Positions 1 through 10,634 are shown, numbered from the stretch's first letter. The stretch is DNA of 64,000 bases from an uncultured Atribacterota bacterium (GCA_964462295.1 CAYWXH010000003.1:9653-73652), one strand, 5' to 3'. Program-made: numbers and translations. The notes: a model not told the origin generated them from the letters alone.

Positions 1-275
1 TAACTTAAGAATGGCATATCTCCTACTACATGAGAAGTTGTGTTTCCCCTCATAACAGCCTTACAATGATATATTGTTTCATCAACTGTTACAGGGACAG
101 TACTTGTAAGCCCTTGAAATACCATTGCAAGAGAATCACCTACAAGAATAATATCTATCTCTGCTTCATTTACCATTTGAGAGATGGGATAATCATATGC
201 AGTAAGCATTGTGATCTTTTTCCCTTCTTCCTTTTTTTTCTTAAGATATGGAATGGTAACCTTTTTTTTGGCCAT
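1..275 (-). CDS. panB: 3-methyl-2-oxobutanoate hydroxymethyltransferase (ketopantoate hydroxymethyltransferase), N-terminal ~91 codons. The gene runs off the window start.
   Basis: Reverse complement of 1..275 reads [30 protein letters not shown]...[14 protein letters not shown]...TVDE..HC..V.RG....VVGDMPFLS, the conserved PanB N-terminus. ATG is the complement of 273-275 with a GGAGGA SD 7 nt upstream. Absent from the ORF track because it is truncated by the window edge. Confidence 0.7.
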   Translation of the reverse strand, partial: MAKKKVTIPYLKKKKEEGKKITMLTAYDYPISQMVNEAEIDIILVGDSLAMVFQGLTSTVPVTVDETIYHCKAVMRGNTTSHVVGDMPFLS

Positions 276-285
276 TTTTTCCTCC

Positions 286-1005
286 TTATTCACTTATTAT
301 ATTTTTAAATTCAGAAGTAGTTGGAATTACATAATCTGGCCTTATTCCATCTACGATAAATTTTTCATCCGGGGGTGTTCCAACAAGCACTGTAGTCATA
401 TCAAATTTCTTTGCCCCGATTATATCTTTCCAATAATTATCACCTATGTATATGGCTTTTTCCCCAGAGACCCCTGCTTTATTTAATGCCTTTTGAAATA
501 TTTCTGGGTTAGGTTTATATGCCCTTACCTCTTCTGATGTTGTGATAGAATCAAATATGTCTTTAATTCCAAAAATATTTAATTGGAATTCCATATAATC
601 ATTATCTATATCTGAAATAATGCCTATATGCTTACCCTTTTCTTTTAAAAATTTTAGTAGATCTACCACACCTGGATAGAGGTCTACAAATTTTTCATGA
701 TATTTAAAGTATATCTCTCTTATCCACCCAAAATCTAGTTCAATATTGGGAGCGTACTCAGAAAATAACTTGTAGAGACTTCTCTTTAGGGCATCCCATG
801 TAGTTATAAAACTCTCTTTGTTTATCTCCTCTACAAGGTACTCATAATGTGCATCTAATGCCTTTTCTGCACTAATAGGAATCCCATATCTTAAGATAAT
901 CTCTTGAAGAATTTCAAGATGAGCCCTCCTATCTTTATCTGCATCTATTAATGTACCTCCAAGGTCGAAGAATATTGCCTCGTAATTATCAAGCTTTATT
1001 GACAT
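286..1005 (-). CDS. HAD-superfamily hydrolase (haloacid dehalogenase-like phosphatase)
   Basis: 239 aa. Motif I FFDLGGTL (DxG, second Asp replaced by Gly, followed by T). Overall HAD subfamily IA layout. Confidence 0.7.
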   Translation of the reverse strand: MSIKLDNYEAIFFDLGGTLIDADKDRRAHLEILQEIILRYGIPISAEKALDAHYEYLVEEINKESFITTWDALKRSLYKLFSEYAPNIELDFGWIREIYFKYHEKFVDLYPGVVDLLKFLKEKGKHIGIISDIDNDYMEFQLNIFGIKDIFDSITTSEEVRAYKPNPEIFQKALNKAGVSGEKAIYIGDNYWKDIIGAKKFDMTTVLVGTPPDEKFIVDGIRPDYVIPTTSEFKNIISE

Positions 1006-1169
1006 CCCAACCTCCTTAACACTCTTTTGCCATCATTATAGCATAGGGAGGTGAGATTTTCTATAAAATTTTTTAAAAAATTTATTCCACTCTTCTATTT
1101 TCAAGATAGATTTTTTGTGGTATTATATATTAAATTAAAGAATAATATTTATGTCAGGAGGAGATCGTT

Positions 1170-2405
1170 ATGGATAAGGTAAAGTATATATTATTGATAT
1201 TTCTAATTTTTATCCTGACTTTTTCATTTAATGCTTTTGCAATTGGTTTTTTTAAGATTCAGGAGCCCGTATATGTAAACCCCATTAATGTAGGGAAACT
1301 TGTCACAGCAAGCCCCCCTCTAAAACCTCTTCCCGGTATCGCAATAAAAAAGGAGGACCTTCCTATAAAGATAGATATTCCTTCTACCTCTTTTTTAAAT
1401 ATTTGGTTAGATAGGGCGCCTGGGGCTGTCTATATGCCAGGGGAAGAGATGACTGTTTATTTCATGGTAAAAAGAGACAGTTATGTATTAATTTACGATA
1501 TTGATGCTAATGGAAAGGCAAGGCTAATATTCCCTAATATGTACATACGGGATAATTTTTTAAAGGCAGGGAATGTTTATGCTATCCCTCTTCCCAATTG
1601 GTTCAAGCTGAGGGTTACACCACCTTTGGGAAAAGAGTATCTGCAAGGTTTTGCATCTGCCAGGGGAAATCTTCTAAGTGCCAAGGAAAAAAGACTTATA
1701 AAAACAGGGGTAGTTCCTGTGACTGATGTAAGGGTCCTTACAAGAAAATTTAATCTACTTTTGGACCCTATGAATGAGAAAGATTGGTCAAGTGCAGTTG
1801 TTTATTTCCAAGTAGGGCTTCCTCAAAATATGCCTAAGGAAAATGTTAAAACCGTAGTCCCTGCACCTTCACCTCAAAAGATAGGAACTCAAACTACCCA
1901 AGGGGCACCTGTAATTGTGGTCACCCCTACTATGCAGGGCACCCAACAGAATGGTTTTACACAAATCCCAGAACCTCTAGGGGGTATCTCTATATCATCC
2001 ATACCTCAAGGTGCCAATGTATTTTTAGATGGGATGAGAAAAGGTATTACCCCTATTACATTAGAAAACATTAAAGCAGGCGCACATAAGATAAAGATAG
2101 AACTTGGGGGATACGAAACCCTAGAGGAGAATGTTTATGTGCCAGAGGGAAAGATCACCTCTGTTGTTTATTCTCTTGTCCCTGTAAAAAAGGTGGGTTA
2201 TGTCTTTATAATTGATGCCGTAAAAGGTGCAAAAGTCTATGTGGATGGGAAGTATAAAGGGCATATTCCTCAGAGTGGAAACCTAAAAATAGCCTTAAAA
2301 CCAGGATATCACAATATTACTTTGATGAAAGAGGGTTATAACACTTGGACAAGAGGGGTAAATATTTCTGCAGAGCAAACAGTTTATATTTTCCCGAATT
2401 CTTAA
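1170..2405 (+). CDS. Secreted or membrane-anchored protein with a DUF4384-like N-terminal domain and two C-terminal PEGA domains
   Basis: 411 aa. N-terminal hydrophobic signal/anchor. YVLIYDIDANGKARLIFPN segment resembles DUF4384. Two PEGA-like beta-sandwich repeats (..GANVFLDG..GITPITLENI..G.HKIKIEL.GYET.. and ..GAKVYVDGKYKGHIP..G.HNITLMKEGY..). SD AGGAGG 8 nt upstream. Confidence 0.55.
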   Translation: MDKVKYILLIFLIFILTFSFNAFAIGFFKIQEPVYVNPINVGKLVTASPPLKPLPGIAIKKEDLPIKIDIPSTSFLNIWLDRAPGAVYMPGEEMTVYFMVKRDSYVLIYDIDANGKARLIFPNMYIRDNFLKAGNVYAIPLPNWFKLRVTPPLGKEYLQGFASARGNLLSAKEKRLIKTGVVPVTDVRVLTRKFNLLLDPMNEKDWSSAVVYFQVGLPQNMPKENVKTVVPAPSPQKIGTQTTQGAPVIVVTPTMQGTQQNGFTQIPEPLGGISISSIPQGANVFLDGMRKGITPITLENIKAGAHKIKIELGGYETLEENVYVPEGKITSVVYSLVPVKKVGYVFIIDAVKGAKVYVDGKYKGHIPQSGNLKIALKPGYHNITLMKEGYNTWTRGVNISAEQTVYIFPNS

Positions 2406-2425
2406 TTTTTTAAGGGGGTGTTAAT

Positions 2426-3031
2426 ATGAAAAAAGGATGGTTGTTTTTTCTTGTTTTAGGTTTAGTTTTTTTAAACATAACTGCCTTGGCTACAGAGACT
2501 GTAGTAGTTCCTTCAGGTTCTGTCTCTTATGGTGCAATATCTCTTACCCAGGTACCTGTGGGGGCAAAGGTATATCTTGATGGTGCCTATATTGGGACTA
2601 CCCCAATTACTGTAGGTAATGTAATGGTGGGCACTCATCATCTTACAGTGGAACTTCCCGGTTATGAACCCTACATCGCATATATCTATGTACCTGTAAA
2701 TACAGTTGTAAATTATGTGTATCCATCTCAGATTGTATATGTCCCTATAACCTCTACCCAAGTGCTTTATCCACAGGTAGTTGTTGGTTCTCCTGGGGTT
2801 GTAAGGGTAGAGCAATTTATGGCATATGTTACGATAGAATCTGCCCCACCATCTGCACAGGTCTATATGGATGGATTTTTTAGGGGACTTACTGATAAAA
2901 ATGGGAAATTAACTGTAGGAGTTGTATCTGCAGGAACACATCAGATAGTAGTAATAAAGGATGGAAATATAAAATGGCAGGGGTTTGTAACACTTCAGCC
3001 AGGAAATAAGATTACACTACACATAAAATAA
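2426..3031 (+). CDS. Secreted PEGA-domain protein with two PEGA repeats
   Basis: 201 aa, signal peptide MKKGWLFFLVLGLVFLNITALA. Repeats GAKVYLDGAYIGTTPITVGNV..G.HHLTVELPGYEP and SAQVYMDGFFRG..GTHQIVVIKDGN. SD AAGGGGGTG. Confidence 0.55.
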   Translation: MKKGWLFFLVLGLVFLNITALATETVVVPSGSVSYGAISLTQVPVGAKVYLDGAYIGTTPITVGNVMVGTHHLTVELPGYEPYIAYIYVPVNTVVNYVYPSQIVYVPITSTQVLYPQVVVGSPGVVRVEQFMAYVTIESAPPSAQVYMDGFFRGLTDKNGKLTVGVVSAGTHQIVVIKDGNIKWQGFVTLQPGNKITLHIK

Positions 3032-3062
3032 AAATTTAATATTGAGAAAGGGGATGGTTAAA

Positions 3063-3254
3063 ATGCGAAACGAAAAAGGACTTTGTCAGGTGTGTAGGCA
3101 TGTTGATAGGGAGCTTATGGAAAAAGAAGGGGTATATAAGTGTCTTATTACCCAAAAAATAAGGAAAAATCCTGTTGACCAATGTGATTGGTTTTATCCT
3201 TCTCACTTGACAGAGTCTCATGAAAATGTAAAGGAAGAGAGCTTAGGGAATTAA
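3063..3254 (+). CDS. Small Cys4 protein, possible zinc ribbon
   Basis: ORF-track ORF 3042..3254. The likely start is ATG 3054 or 3063, since the track's first M is a TTG. Cys pattern CQVC..x13..C..x16..C. Stop TAA 3252-3254 lies 2 nt before the rnhC start. Confidence 0.3.
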   Translation: MRNEKGLCQVCRHVDRELMEKEGVYKCLITQKIRKNPVDQCDWFYPSHLTESHENVKEESLGN

Positions 3255-3256
3255 GT

Positions 3257-4099
3257 TTGAATATTTCTTTAGATTTCCCTTTAAAATATAAAGATAGGCT
3301 GTTCTTATGGTTGAAAAATAGGCACTTTTCATTTAAAAATTTAGAGTATGCCTTTTTCAAGGCAGAAAAGGATGGTATAAGTTTAATCCTTTACAAAAGT
3401 GGAAAGCTGCTTATTCAGGGCAAAGAGTCAGAAGCCCTTTATAATGATATAAGAGATAAATTTTTTAAGATGAAAGAATCTACATGGATGGGGACTGATG
3501 AGGCAGGAAAGGGAGATTATTTCGGTCCATTGGTAGTAGCAGGGGTTATTGTACAGCCTAAAGATGAGAGCAATCTTTTGAAAATAGGGATAAAGGATAG
3601 TAAGAGATTAAGCCCTGCTAAGATAGAAGAGCTAGCAGGGCTTATAAAAAAGAATTTTTTATTCAAGATATTAATAATCAAACCCGAAGAATACAACCGC
3701 ATATACGAAGAAAAGAAGAATTTGAATCATATACTCAGTGATGCTCATATAAAAGTGATAAAGAGTCTTTCTGAGAGATACCCTGTAAATAGAGTAGTTG
3801 TGGATAAATTTTCAAAAAAATCTGGTATTCCCGAGTATTTTAAAAATAAGATAGAGATAGAGGAGGTCGTAGGGGGAGAGAGGGATGTGGCATGTGCAGC
3901 ATCCTCTATTCTTGCACGATGTGCCTTCGAAAAAGAGATGAGAGAAATGAGTGCTAAGTATCAGTTTGAATTTCCAAAAGGTGCTGGCAAGAAAGTAAGA
4001 GAGGCGCTCTCTCTATTTTTAGATAGATTTTCTAAAGAGGAGTTAGGAAAAGTTGCAAAACTCCATTTTAAGTTGACAAAAGAGGTGTTTAATGGATAA
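3257..4099 (+). CDS. rnhC: Ribonuclease HIII
   Basis: 280 aa. Catalytic motif GTDEAGKGDYFGPLVVAGV about 80 residues into the protein. N-terminal segment YKSGKLLIQGK matches the RNase HIII N-domain. TTG start with a weak SD. Confidence 0.7.
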   Translation: MNISLDFPLKYKDRLFLWLKNRHFSFKNLEYAFFKAEKDGISLILYKSGKLLIQGKESEALYNDIRDKFFKMKESTWMGTDEAGKGDYFGPLVVAGVIVQPKDESNLLKIGIKDSKRLSPAKIEELAGLIKKNFLFKILIIKPEEYNRIYEEKKNLNHILSDAHIKVIKSLSERYPVNRVVVDKFSKKSGIPEYFKNKIEIEEVVGGERDVACAASSILARCAFEKEMREMSAKYQFEFPKGAGKKVREALSLFLDRFSKEELGKVAKLHFKLTKEVFNG

Positions 4100-4334
4100 A
4101 GAGGATTATGTCCTTATTTATGAGGCATGGGGAGAGGAGGAGGAAAAAGTAATTGAGGGACTTTTGAGGGCAAATGGTATTAAGGTATTTGTAAAATCAC
4201 ATATAACACCCCTTACCCATCCTTTTACGGTGAATGGATTAGGAAGTTTTAAAATTATGGTAAAAAGTGAAGATAAAGAGTTGGCAGAGGCTATTTTGAA
4301 AGAGAAAATAGAGAATAAAAATGGAGGTGAATAG
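4092..4334 (+). CDS. DUF2007-like small protein (putative signal-transducing fold)
   Basis: 80 aa with a YVLIYEAWGEEEEKVIEGLLRANGIKVFVK pattern. 8-nt overlap with rnhC. Confidence 0.4.
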   Translation: MDKEDYVLIYEAWGEEEEKVIEGLLRANGIKVFVKSHITPLTHPFTVNGLGSFKIMVKSEDKELAEAILKEKIENKNGGE

Positions 4335-4874
4335 ATGGTATATCTTATTATATTAGCTATTGTTATACTTTATGTTATATTTACTTACAATAAATTAATC
4401 GTACTTAGAAACAGGGTAAAGAATGCATGGGCACAAGTACTTGTGCAGCTTAAGAGAAGGGCAGATCTTATCCCAAATTTGGTAGAGACGGTGAAGGGGT
4501 ATGCCTCTCATGAAAAGACTGTTTTTGAAAATGTTACAAAGGCAAGAACTCAGTTTCTCTCTGCTACTACACCCACGGAACAGATGGAAGCAAGTAATAT
4601 GCTTACAGGGGCATTGAGAACCCTTTTTGCAGTGGCTGAGAACTATCCACAACTTAAGGCAAATGAGAATTTTCTAAAACTTCAAGAAGACCTAACAGAT
4701 ACAGAAAACAAGATTGCATTTTCTCGTGAGTTTTACAATGATACAGTAATGAAATATAACAATGCTATTCAGATGTTCCCTGCTAACCTTTTGGCTGGAA
4801 TGTTTGGTTTTCAACCTGAAAAACTATTTGAGATACCCGAGGAGGATAGGGAGCCCGTTAAGGTTCAATTTTGA
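4335..4874 (+). CDS. lemA: LemA family membrane protein
   Basis: 179 aa. N-terminal TM, then [46 protein letters not shown], characteristic of LemA. ATG directly follows the stop of the upstream gene. Confidence 0.7.
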   Translation: MVYLIILAIVILYVIFTYNKLIVLRNRVKNAWAQVLVQLKRRADLIPNLVETVKGYASHEKTVFENVTKARTQFLSATTPTEQMEASNMLTGALRTLFAVAENYPQLKANENFLKLQEDLTDTENKIAFSREFYNDTVMKYNNAIQMFPANLLAGMFGFQPEKLFEIPEEDREPVKVQF

Positions 4875-6547
4875 TGAATCCTGTTCAGAAATCTTTTGAA
4901 AAACGAGTCAAAGGAGAAGAGGGCCTTTTTGGAAATGTCTATGGGAAAAGGCTCTCTTTTTTGATTTCTTATCCAAATTATTACAATATTGGTATGGCAA
5001 ATCTTGGATTTCAATCCATATATTATACCTTATTAAGGGATGAGCGGATTTTAGTTGATCGAGCCTTTTTGCCATACCCTGATGAGGAAGATTACCTAAA
5101 GAGGACGAACACCCCTCTCTTTTCTTATACCACTTATATGTCTCTTCAAGATTTCGATATAGTTGCCTTTTCTATATCTTTTGAACCCGATTATCTTAAT
5201 TTTATAAAAATGTTAGACCTTTCTGGCATACCTCTCTATGCAAAAGATAGGGGGAAAGAGTCTCCTCTTATAATAGTGGGAGGGGTTGCCCCAAGTGCCA
5301 ACCCATTGCCTATAAAGCCTTTTGCAGATATATTTGTTATAGGCGAGGGAGAAGAGATTATACATGATATTATAGACCTTGTTATTCATGAAAAAGAGAG
5401 AGAATCTATCCTTAGGATTCTTTCAAAATGGAGAGGAATCTATGTCCCGAAATATCCAGTACATAGGGTAGAGAGGTTATGGGTTGAAGATGTAGATAAA
5501 TATCCTTCAGAGAGTGTGCTTTATTCTAAAGAACAAGAGTTTCCTGATATGCATCTTATAGAGATAGGCAGGGGTTGTGGAAGGGGCTGTAGGTTTTGTA
5601 TGGCAGGTTATATATATAGACCTGTGCGAAACAGAGGATATGATGTTATAATGGAATCTGCAAAGCGTGGTAGTAGGTATAGAAAAAAGGTCGGGCTTGT
5701 AAGTCCAAGTGTATCGGATCATCCTGAAATACTTGATATACTTAGAGGTATCTTAGATATGGGATTAGGTATAGGGATCTCATCTCTTAGGTCAGATTCT
5801 GCAACAAGAGAGCTCTTTGGCCTTTTGAAAAGAGGTGGTTTGAGGACTATCACCCTTGCCCCTGAAGTGGGGACAGATAAGATGAGAGAGGTTATTAATA
5901 AAAATATATACCCTGATCTGCTTTTTGAAAAAATAGGGGATGCCATATCTGAGGGAATAAAGAGTGTTAAGCTTTATTTTTTGGTAGGCCTACCCGAAGA
6001 AACTGATGATGATATAGAAGGGATAGTGGGGCTTATAGAAGATTTGCTTTCCCAATTTAAATCCCTTAGAGAGCTTATTATCAGTATAAATCCCTTTATT
6101 CCAAAACCTCATACCCCATTTGAAGTTTTTCCTCAAGAACGAGAAGATGTGGTAAATAGGCGTCTTTTATATATTGAAAATACTTTGAGAAAGAGGTATA
6201 ATCGAATTAAAATTCTTCCTCGAGAGATTAAGTATTATGTATTACAGGGACTGCTTTCTCGGGGAGGAGAAGAGATTGCTCCTTTCCTTCCAGAGATAGC
6301 CAGAAAAGGTCCCAGAAGGTTTAAGAAGATAGTTCCTTATGAACTAATAGAAAAAACTATCTTTTCTCCTTTAAAGGAGGAAGATCTGCCATGGAGGATT
6401 ATTGATACAATGGTAAGCCCTTCATATCTTGCAAGAGAAAGGAAATTAATGAAAAAGAGAAGATTTACCCCACCATGCCCACCACAGGGGTGTACTATGT
6501 GTGGAGTTTGTCAAGAGAGAGGAGGAATTTATGAAAGATTTGGATGA
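4871..6547 (+). CDS. Radical SAM protein with an N-terminal B12-binding-like (Rossmann) domain and a C-terminal Cys-rich tail
   Basis: 558 aa. CGRGCRFC (CxxxCxxC) radical SAM motif at ~aa 236-243. N-terminal flavodoxin/B12-like region ([22 protein letters not shown]). C-terminal [16 protein letters not shown] overlap with lemA. Confidence 0.75.
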   Translation: MMNPVQKSFEKRVKGEEGLFGNVYGKRLSFLISYPNYYNIGMANLGFQSIYYTLLRDERILVDRAFLPYPDEEDYLKRTNTPLFSYTTYMSLQDFDIVAFSISFEPDYLNFIKMLDLSGIPLYAKDRGKESPLIIVGGVAPSANPLPIKPFADIFVIGEGEEIIHDIIDLVIHEKERESILRILSKWRGIYVPKYPVHRVERLWVEDVDKYPSESVLYSKEQEFPDMHLIEIGRGCGRGCRFCMAGYIYRPVRNRGYDVIMESAKRGSRYRKKVGLVSPSVSDHPEILDILRGILDMGLGIGISSLRSDSATRELFGLLKRGGLRTITLAPEVGTDKMREVINKNIYPDLLFEKIGDAISEGIKSVKLYFLVGLPEETDDDIEGIVGLIEDLLSQFKSLRELIISINPFIPKPHTPFEVFPQEREDVVNRRLLYIENTLRKRYNRIKILPREIKYYVLQGLLSRGGEEIAPFLPEIARKGPRRFKKIVPYELIEKTIFSPLKEEDLPWRIIDTMVSPSYLARERKLMKKRRFTPPCPPQGCTMCGVCQERGGIYERFG

Positions 6548-7718
6548 AATATTAAAGATTGCAATAATTACCATTATTGGAAAGCTTGGTGCTGCATGGT
6601 CACTTTCTTTTTCTATGCCTACTGTTATTGGGTTTTTGGCCGTAGGTTTTATCCTTGGCCCCTCTGTATTGGGTATAATTCATGCCGATAAGGTTATTCA
6701 TACTATGTCTGATATAGGTGTGATTATAATCCTTTTTCTTGCGGGAATGGAGACAGACCTTGACCAGCTTAAAAGACAGGCGAAAGATGCCCTTCTTGCA
6801 GCTACTGGTGGTGTAACTTTGCCATTTGTGTTTGCTTTATTAATTTTACCCTTTGTAAAATACTCTTTTACTCAAAGTCTCCTTATGGGTACGGTGCTTA
6901 CCGCAACAAGTGTAAGTATCTCTGTACAGGTTCTTGCTGAGATGAAAAAGTTAAGGTCAAAGGAGGGTGCTACAATTTTAGGTGCAGCCATTGCAGATGA
7001 TGTAATGGGAATTCTTATCCTGACTTTTGTTATAACTTTTATAGGAGAAGAAGGGAAAAATCCATATTTTTCTTTCATATACATACTTATATATTTTATC
7101 CTGGGATTTTATCTTGGTAAGAAATTCCTTCCATATTTCTTTAAATGGACTTCCCGTTTTAAGCTAAAATATATGATACCTACCATGGCTATTGGTATTA
7201 TGTTTTTTTATGCATGGCTTGCCCATCATCTTGGTGCTGCATATATTACAGGGGCATATCTTGCGGGATTGGTTCTTGGTACTACGCATTATCGTCAGGT
7301 TATTCATGAGATAGCAGATATATTGGGTGCAGACTTTTTTTCTATCATGTTTTTTGTAACTATAGGGCTTGAGGCTGATATCAAAGATTTTAGATGGGCT
7401 TCTATAATTGATCTTGTCATTATTTTATCCATAGCTATTTTTGGTAAACTTATAGGTTCAGGTGGAGGAGTTTTTATATTAGGTTATAAACCTATAGAGG
7501 CCATTAGGGTAGGTGTGGGTATGATCCCAAGGGGAGAAGTTGCCCTTGTGGTTGCCGCTATGGCTCTAAGATATAATATTTTTAACAGTTATCAGTTTTC
7601 TTCTGTAGTGGCTACAGTGCTTATAACTGCATTTCTTACTCCTATACTGCTTAAAAAAGTCTTTTCTTCAGAGGATATGGGTAACTTGCGAGGGAAGAGA
7701 GGTATTAAAAAATCTTAA
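6501..7718 (+). CDS. Monovalent cation:proton antiporter (CPA2 / NapA-Kef type Na+/H+ exchanger)
   Basis: 405 aa, polytopic, with glycine-rich TM helices typical of CPA2. The start may instead be ATG 6531 (MKDLDEIL), which overlaps the radical SAM stop by 17 nt. Confidence 0.7.
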   Translation: MEFVKREEEFMKDLDEILKIAIITIIGKLGAAWSLSFSMPTVIGFLAVGFILGPSVLGIIHADKVIHTMSDIGVIIILFLAGMETDLDQLKRQAKDALLAATGGVTLPFVFALLILPFVKYSFTQSLLMGTVLTATSVSISVQVLAEMKKLRSKEGATILGAAIADDVMGILILTFVITFIGEEGKNPYFSFIYILIYFILGFYLGKKFLPYFFKWTSRFKLKYMIPTMAIGIMFFYAWLAHHLGAAYITGAYLAGLVLGTTHYRQVIHEIADILGADFFSIMFFVTIGLEADIKDFRWASIIDLVIILSIAIFGKLIGSGGGVFILGYKPIEAIRVGVGMIPRGEVALVVAAMALRYNIFNSYQFSSVVATVLITAFLTPILLKKVFSSEDMGNLRGKRGIKKS

Positions 7719-9042
7719 GCATGTAATATCTTATCCATATGTATAAAAAGCCTATCACTACACTCTCTATCATTATAGGCATACCATATCTAAAAAATTC
7801 TCCAAAACTGATTTTGTGCCCATGCTTTTCTGATATGCCAGATACTACTACATTTGCCGTAGCCCCTACTAGTGTGCCATTTCCTCCAAGACATCCTCCA
7901 AGAGAGAGTGCAATCCAAATAGGTAACACAGCAGGTGAGTGAAGTACAGCCAAAGAAGTAGGGGATGCAGAAGGCATCCCTGAAATGACAGGTGCCATAT
8001 GGGCGATGAGGGGATTCATGGTAGCTACATATGGAATATTATCTACAAAAGCAGAGGTAAATGCAGAAAACCATAGAATTACCCCAGATGTTAAGAAAGA
8101 ATGTCCTCCTGTGAGATCAAGGACTTTTTGGGAGAGTATCTGAATTATACCTACTTTTACCATAGAACCTACTATAATAAATAACCCTCCAAAGAAAAAT
8201 AGTGTGGTCCATTCTATCCGTTCAAGCATTTCATGTATGTTTGTTTTTGAAATACCAAGCATCAAGGTGGCACCTGTAAGTGCCACTATGGCTGGCTCTA
8301 ATCCAAGGGCCCCGTGAATAAAGAACCCAAAAATAACTCCTGTAAGTACAATGAGGACTTTTTTGAGGAGCACGGGATCTTTTATGGCCTTCTTTTCGTC
8401 CATTTTAAGGATTTTTTTTGCCTTTTCTTCATTGTATCTAAAACTATGTGAAAACATAATTTTTAGGGTAAGAATATATACAAGCAATATAATGATTACG
8501 GCAGGGGTAAGATGATTGATAAAATCTATAAAACCTAATTTTGCTTTACTTGCTATCATGATGTTTGGTGGGTCTCCTATAAGGGTAGCTGTGCCACCTA
8601 TATTTGAAGCAAGGGCCTCTGATATGAGAAAAGGAACCGCAGGAAGTTCCATTGCATCTGAGATAAATAGTGTGATAGGGGCTATAAACAGAACGGTTGT
8701 AACATTATCCAAAAATGCAGAAATTACCGCTGTTACAAGTACAAAGAGGACCATAAGGGCATATGGCTTTGCCTTTGAAAGTTTTACGGCCTTTACCGCA
8801 ATCCATTCAAATATGCCTGTCTGCTTAGTTATGTTGACAATGATCATCATAGACATGAGTAAGATGATAACATCCCAGTCTATTCCATATTCTGTAGAGT
8901 AAAATGCATTTTCGAAATTTAATATATGAAAAAGTAGTATGAGGGTAGCCCCAGAGAGGGCAATAACTACCCTGTGAATTTTTCCTATGCCCAGTGCGAT
9001 ATATGTGGATATAAAAATTATCACAACAATTATGTTTTCCAT
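7705..9042 (-). CDS. ArsB/NhaD-family (ion-transporter superfamily) permease
   Basis: 445 aa polytopic membrane protein with the two-repeat architecture typical of ArsB/NhaD/citrate-transporter-like permeases. Convergent 14-nt overlap with the antiporter gene. Confidence 0.65.
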   Translation of the reverse strand: MENIIVVIIFISTYIALGIGKIHRVVIALSGATLILLFHILNFENAFYSTEYGIDWDVIILLMSMMIIVNITKQTGIFEWIAVKAVKLSKAKPYALMVLFVLVTAVISAFLDNVTTVLFIAPITLFISDAMELPAVPFLISEALASNIGGTATLIGDPPNIMIASKAKLGFIDFINHLTPAVIIILLVYILTLKIMFSHSFRYNEEKAKKILKMDEKKAIKDPVLLKKVLIVLTGVIFGFFIHGALGLEPAIVALTGATLMLGISKTNIHEMLERIEWTTLFFFGGLFIIVGSMVKVGIIQILSQKVLDLTGGHSFLTSGVILWFSAFTSAFVDNIPYVATMNPLIAHMAPVISGMPSASPTSLAVLHSPAVLPIWIALSLGGCLGGNGTLVGATANVVVSGISEKHGHKISFGEFFRYGMPIMIESVVIGFLYIWIRYYMLKIF

Positions 9043-9220
9043 ATTTTAACTATACTACCAGATTTCTATTTGTCAAGGGTTTAATATAGAATATAAATTT
9101 ATTTTACTTTATTTGTTTAAAAACAAATTACTTTCTAGTTTATAAAAATATTTAACTTCCTCTGGAAAAAGGTTGTTATATATGTTATAATGAATATACA
9201 AAAAAGAAGAGGAGGGCTAA

Positions 9221-10168
9221 ATGTTTGTAAGTATAACTCCTAATCCTGCGATGGATTATATAATGATAATTAATAAGCTGGAGAAGGGGAAACATGTAAG
9301 CTCTATAAATGATTACTATTCCCCTGGAGGCAAAGGTATCCATACAGCAAGACTTGTTGCAAAATTTGGAATTCCTACTATGAGTGTAAATGCAGTGGGC
9401 GAGGGGAGGATAGGAAGAAAGCTTATTCTTCTCTTAAATGATGAGGGAATATATACAAATACTATTTTCTTGAGAGAGCATACCCGTACTGATGTAGTAA
9501 TTGTTGACCTTTCGGATAAGACAGAGACTACTATAACATCCCTTGGTCCACATATGGAGGAAGAAGACCTTAAAGAATTTATGCATGTGGTGGAGAAGTC
9601 AATATTAAATGCAGAAGTTGTCTTTATGGGTGGAAGTGTTCCTCGCGGAGCTCCATCTACCTTATATTATGATGTAATATCACTTGCAAAAAGTATAGGG
9701 GTAAAACACTGTATAGTTACAGCAAGGGGTGAATTATTAGAAAAGGCAGCAGAGGCAAAACCGTATGTCATAAAACCAGATACTTCTACTATAAAGGAAT
9801 ATTTTGGTTATAGTATAAAAGACCTGGACGGAAGTATAAAAATAGCTGAGAAGCTTATAGAACTTGGTGCTGAAAATGCCATAGTTTCTTATAAAGATAA
9901 AAACGATGTACTTGTTTCTAAGACAGGGAAAAAGGTGCTTTATAAGCTTAAATATGAAGAAAATATAAATCTTTTTGGGTCATCAGAAGCCCTTCTTGCA
10001 GGTGTTTCTATCGGAATCATGAAAGGACATGGATTGGAGGAGGCTACAAGGTTTGGTATGGGGCTTGCTTTGAAAGTAGCAACACTTGAGACTGTGTCTA
10101 TCTTTGATTTTTCACCAGAGAGTGTGGATGAAATGCTTCTAAAGGTAGAAGTAGAGGAACTTACATAG
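9221..10168 (+). CDS. PfkB-family sugar kinase (1-phosphofructokinase / tagatose-6-phosphate kinase subfamily)
   Basis: 315 aa. N-terminal SITPNPAMDY (TLNPxxD-type motif). GG motif SPGGKG. SD GAGGAGGG. Confidence 0.7.
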   Translation: MFVSITPNPAMDYIMIINKLEKGKHVSSINDYYSPGGKGIHTARLVAKFGIPTMSVNAVGEGRIGRKLILLLNDEGIYTNTIFLREHTRTDVVIVDLSDKTETTITSLGPHMEEEDLKEFMHVVEKSILNAEVVFMGGSVPRGAPSTLYYDVISLAKSIGVKHCIVTARGELLEKAAEAKPYVIKPDTSTIKEYFGYSIKDLDGSIKIAEKLIELGAENAIVSYKDKNDVLVSKTGKKVLYKLKYEENINLFGSSEALLAGVSIGIMKGHGLEEATRFGMGLALKVATLETVSIFDFSPESVDEMLLKVEVEELT

Positions 10169-10181
10169 GAAGGAGGCTATT

Positions 10182-10634
10182 ATGAGGGTAAGAGATGTCA
10201 TGAGGAGAGATCTTACCTCTATCCCTCCTCATACAAAGATTGGAAGAGTAATAGAACTTATGGAACGCATGAGAATAGCAGAACTTATTATTACAGATAA
10301 AAATTTTAAGGTAAAAGGAATAGTAACTGATGGTATAATAATGAGAGCAGCACTTCCAAGGTATTTTTCTTATCTTGACACAACTGCATATCTTCCCGAT
10401 TTAGATGAATTTGCAAGGGGACTCAAGGAACTTTCTGAGAAAGAGGTAAGTACAATAATGTTAAAGGATATTTATGTGATAAATGAGGATACAAAGGTCC
10501 TTGATTTAGTAGAGGTAATGGTAGGGAGGAGGCTGAAAATTTTACCTGTTACAGATAAGGAAGGTAGACTTGTAGGGGTGGTAGATCGACCATCTATGTT
10601 CAAAAAGGCTTTAGCCTATGATGTTGAGGAATAA
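10182..10634 (+). CDS. CBS-domain pair protein
   Basis: 150 aa with two CBS repeats (RVRDVMRRDLTSIPPHTKIGRVIELM.. and VSTIMLKDIYVINEDTKVLDLVEVMV..ILPVTDKEGRLVGVV). Confidence 0.7.
   Translation: MRVRDVMRRDLTSIPPHTKIGRVIELMERMRIAELIITDKNFKVKGIVTDGIIMRAALPRYFSYLDTTAYLPDLDEFARGLKELSEKEVSTIMLKDIYVINEDTKVLDLVEVMVGRRLKILPVTDKEGRLVGVVDRPSMFKKALAYDVEE

Noticed and set aside
30-486. ORF-track + strand ORFs 30..308 and 211..486
   Set aside because: The opposite strand encodes a clear PanB N-terminus (1..275) and the HAD hydrolase. The + strand ORFs are low-complexity shadow frames.
2513-2815. Antisense ORF inside the PEGA protein gene. The same applies to many other minus-strand ORFs inside long + strand genes (e.g. 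16838..17266, 19648..19917, 31526..31999, 34000..34315, 51675..52055, 57886..58491).
   Set aside because: They lie entirely within strongly supported genes on the other strand, have S/I/L-rich low-complexity translations typical of AT-rich shadow frames, and have no SD.
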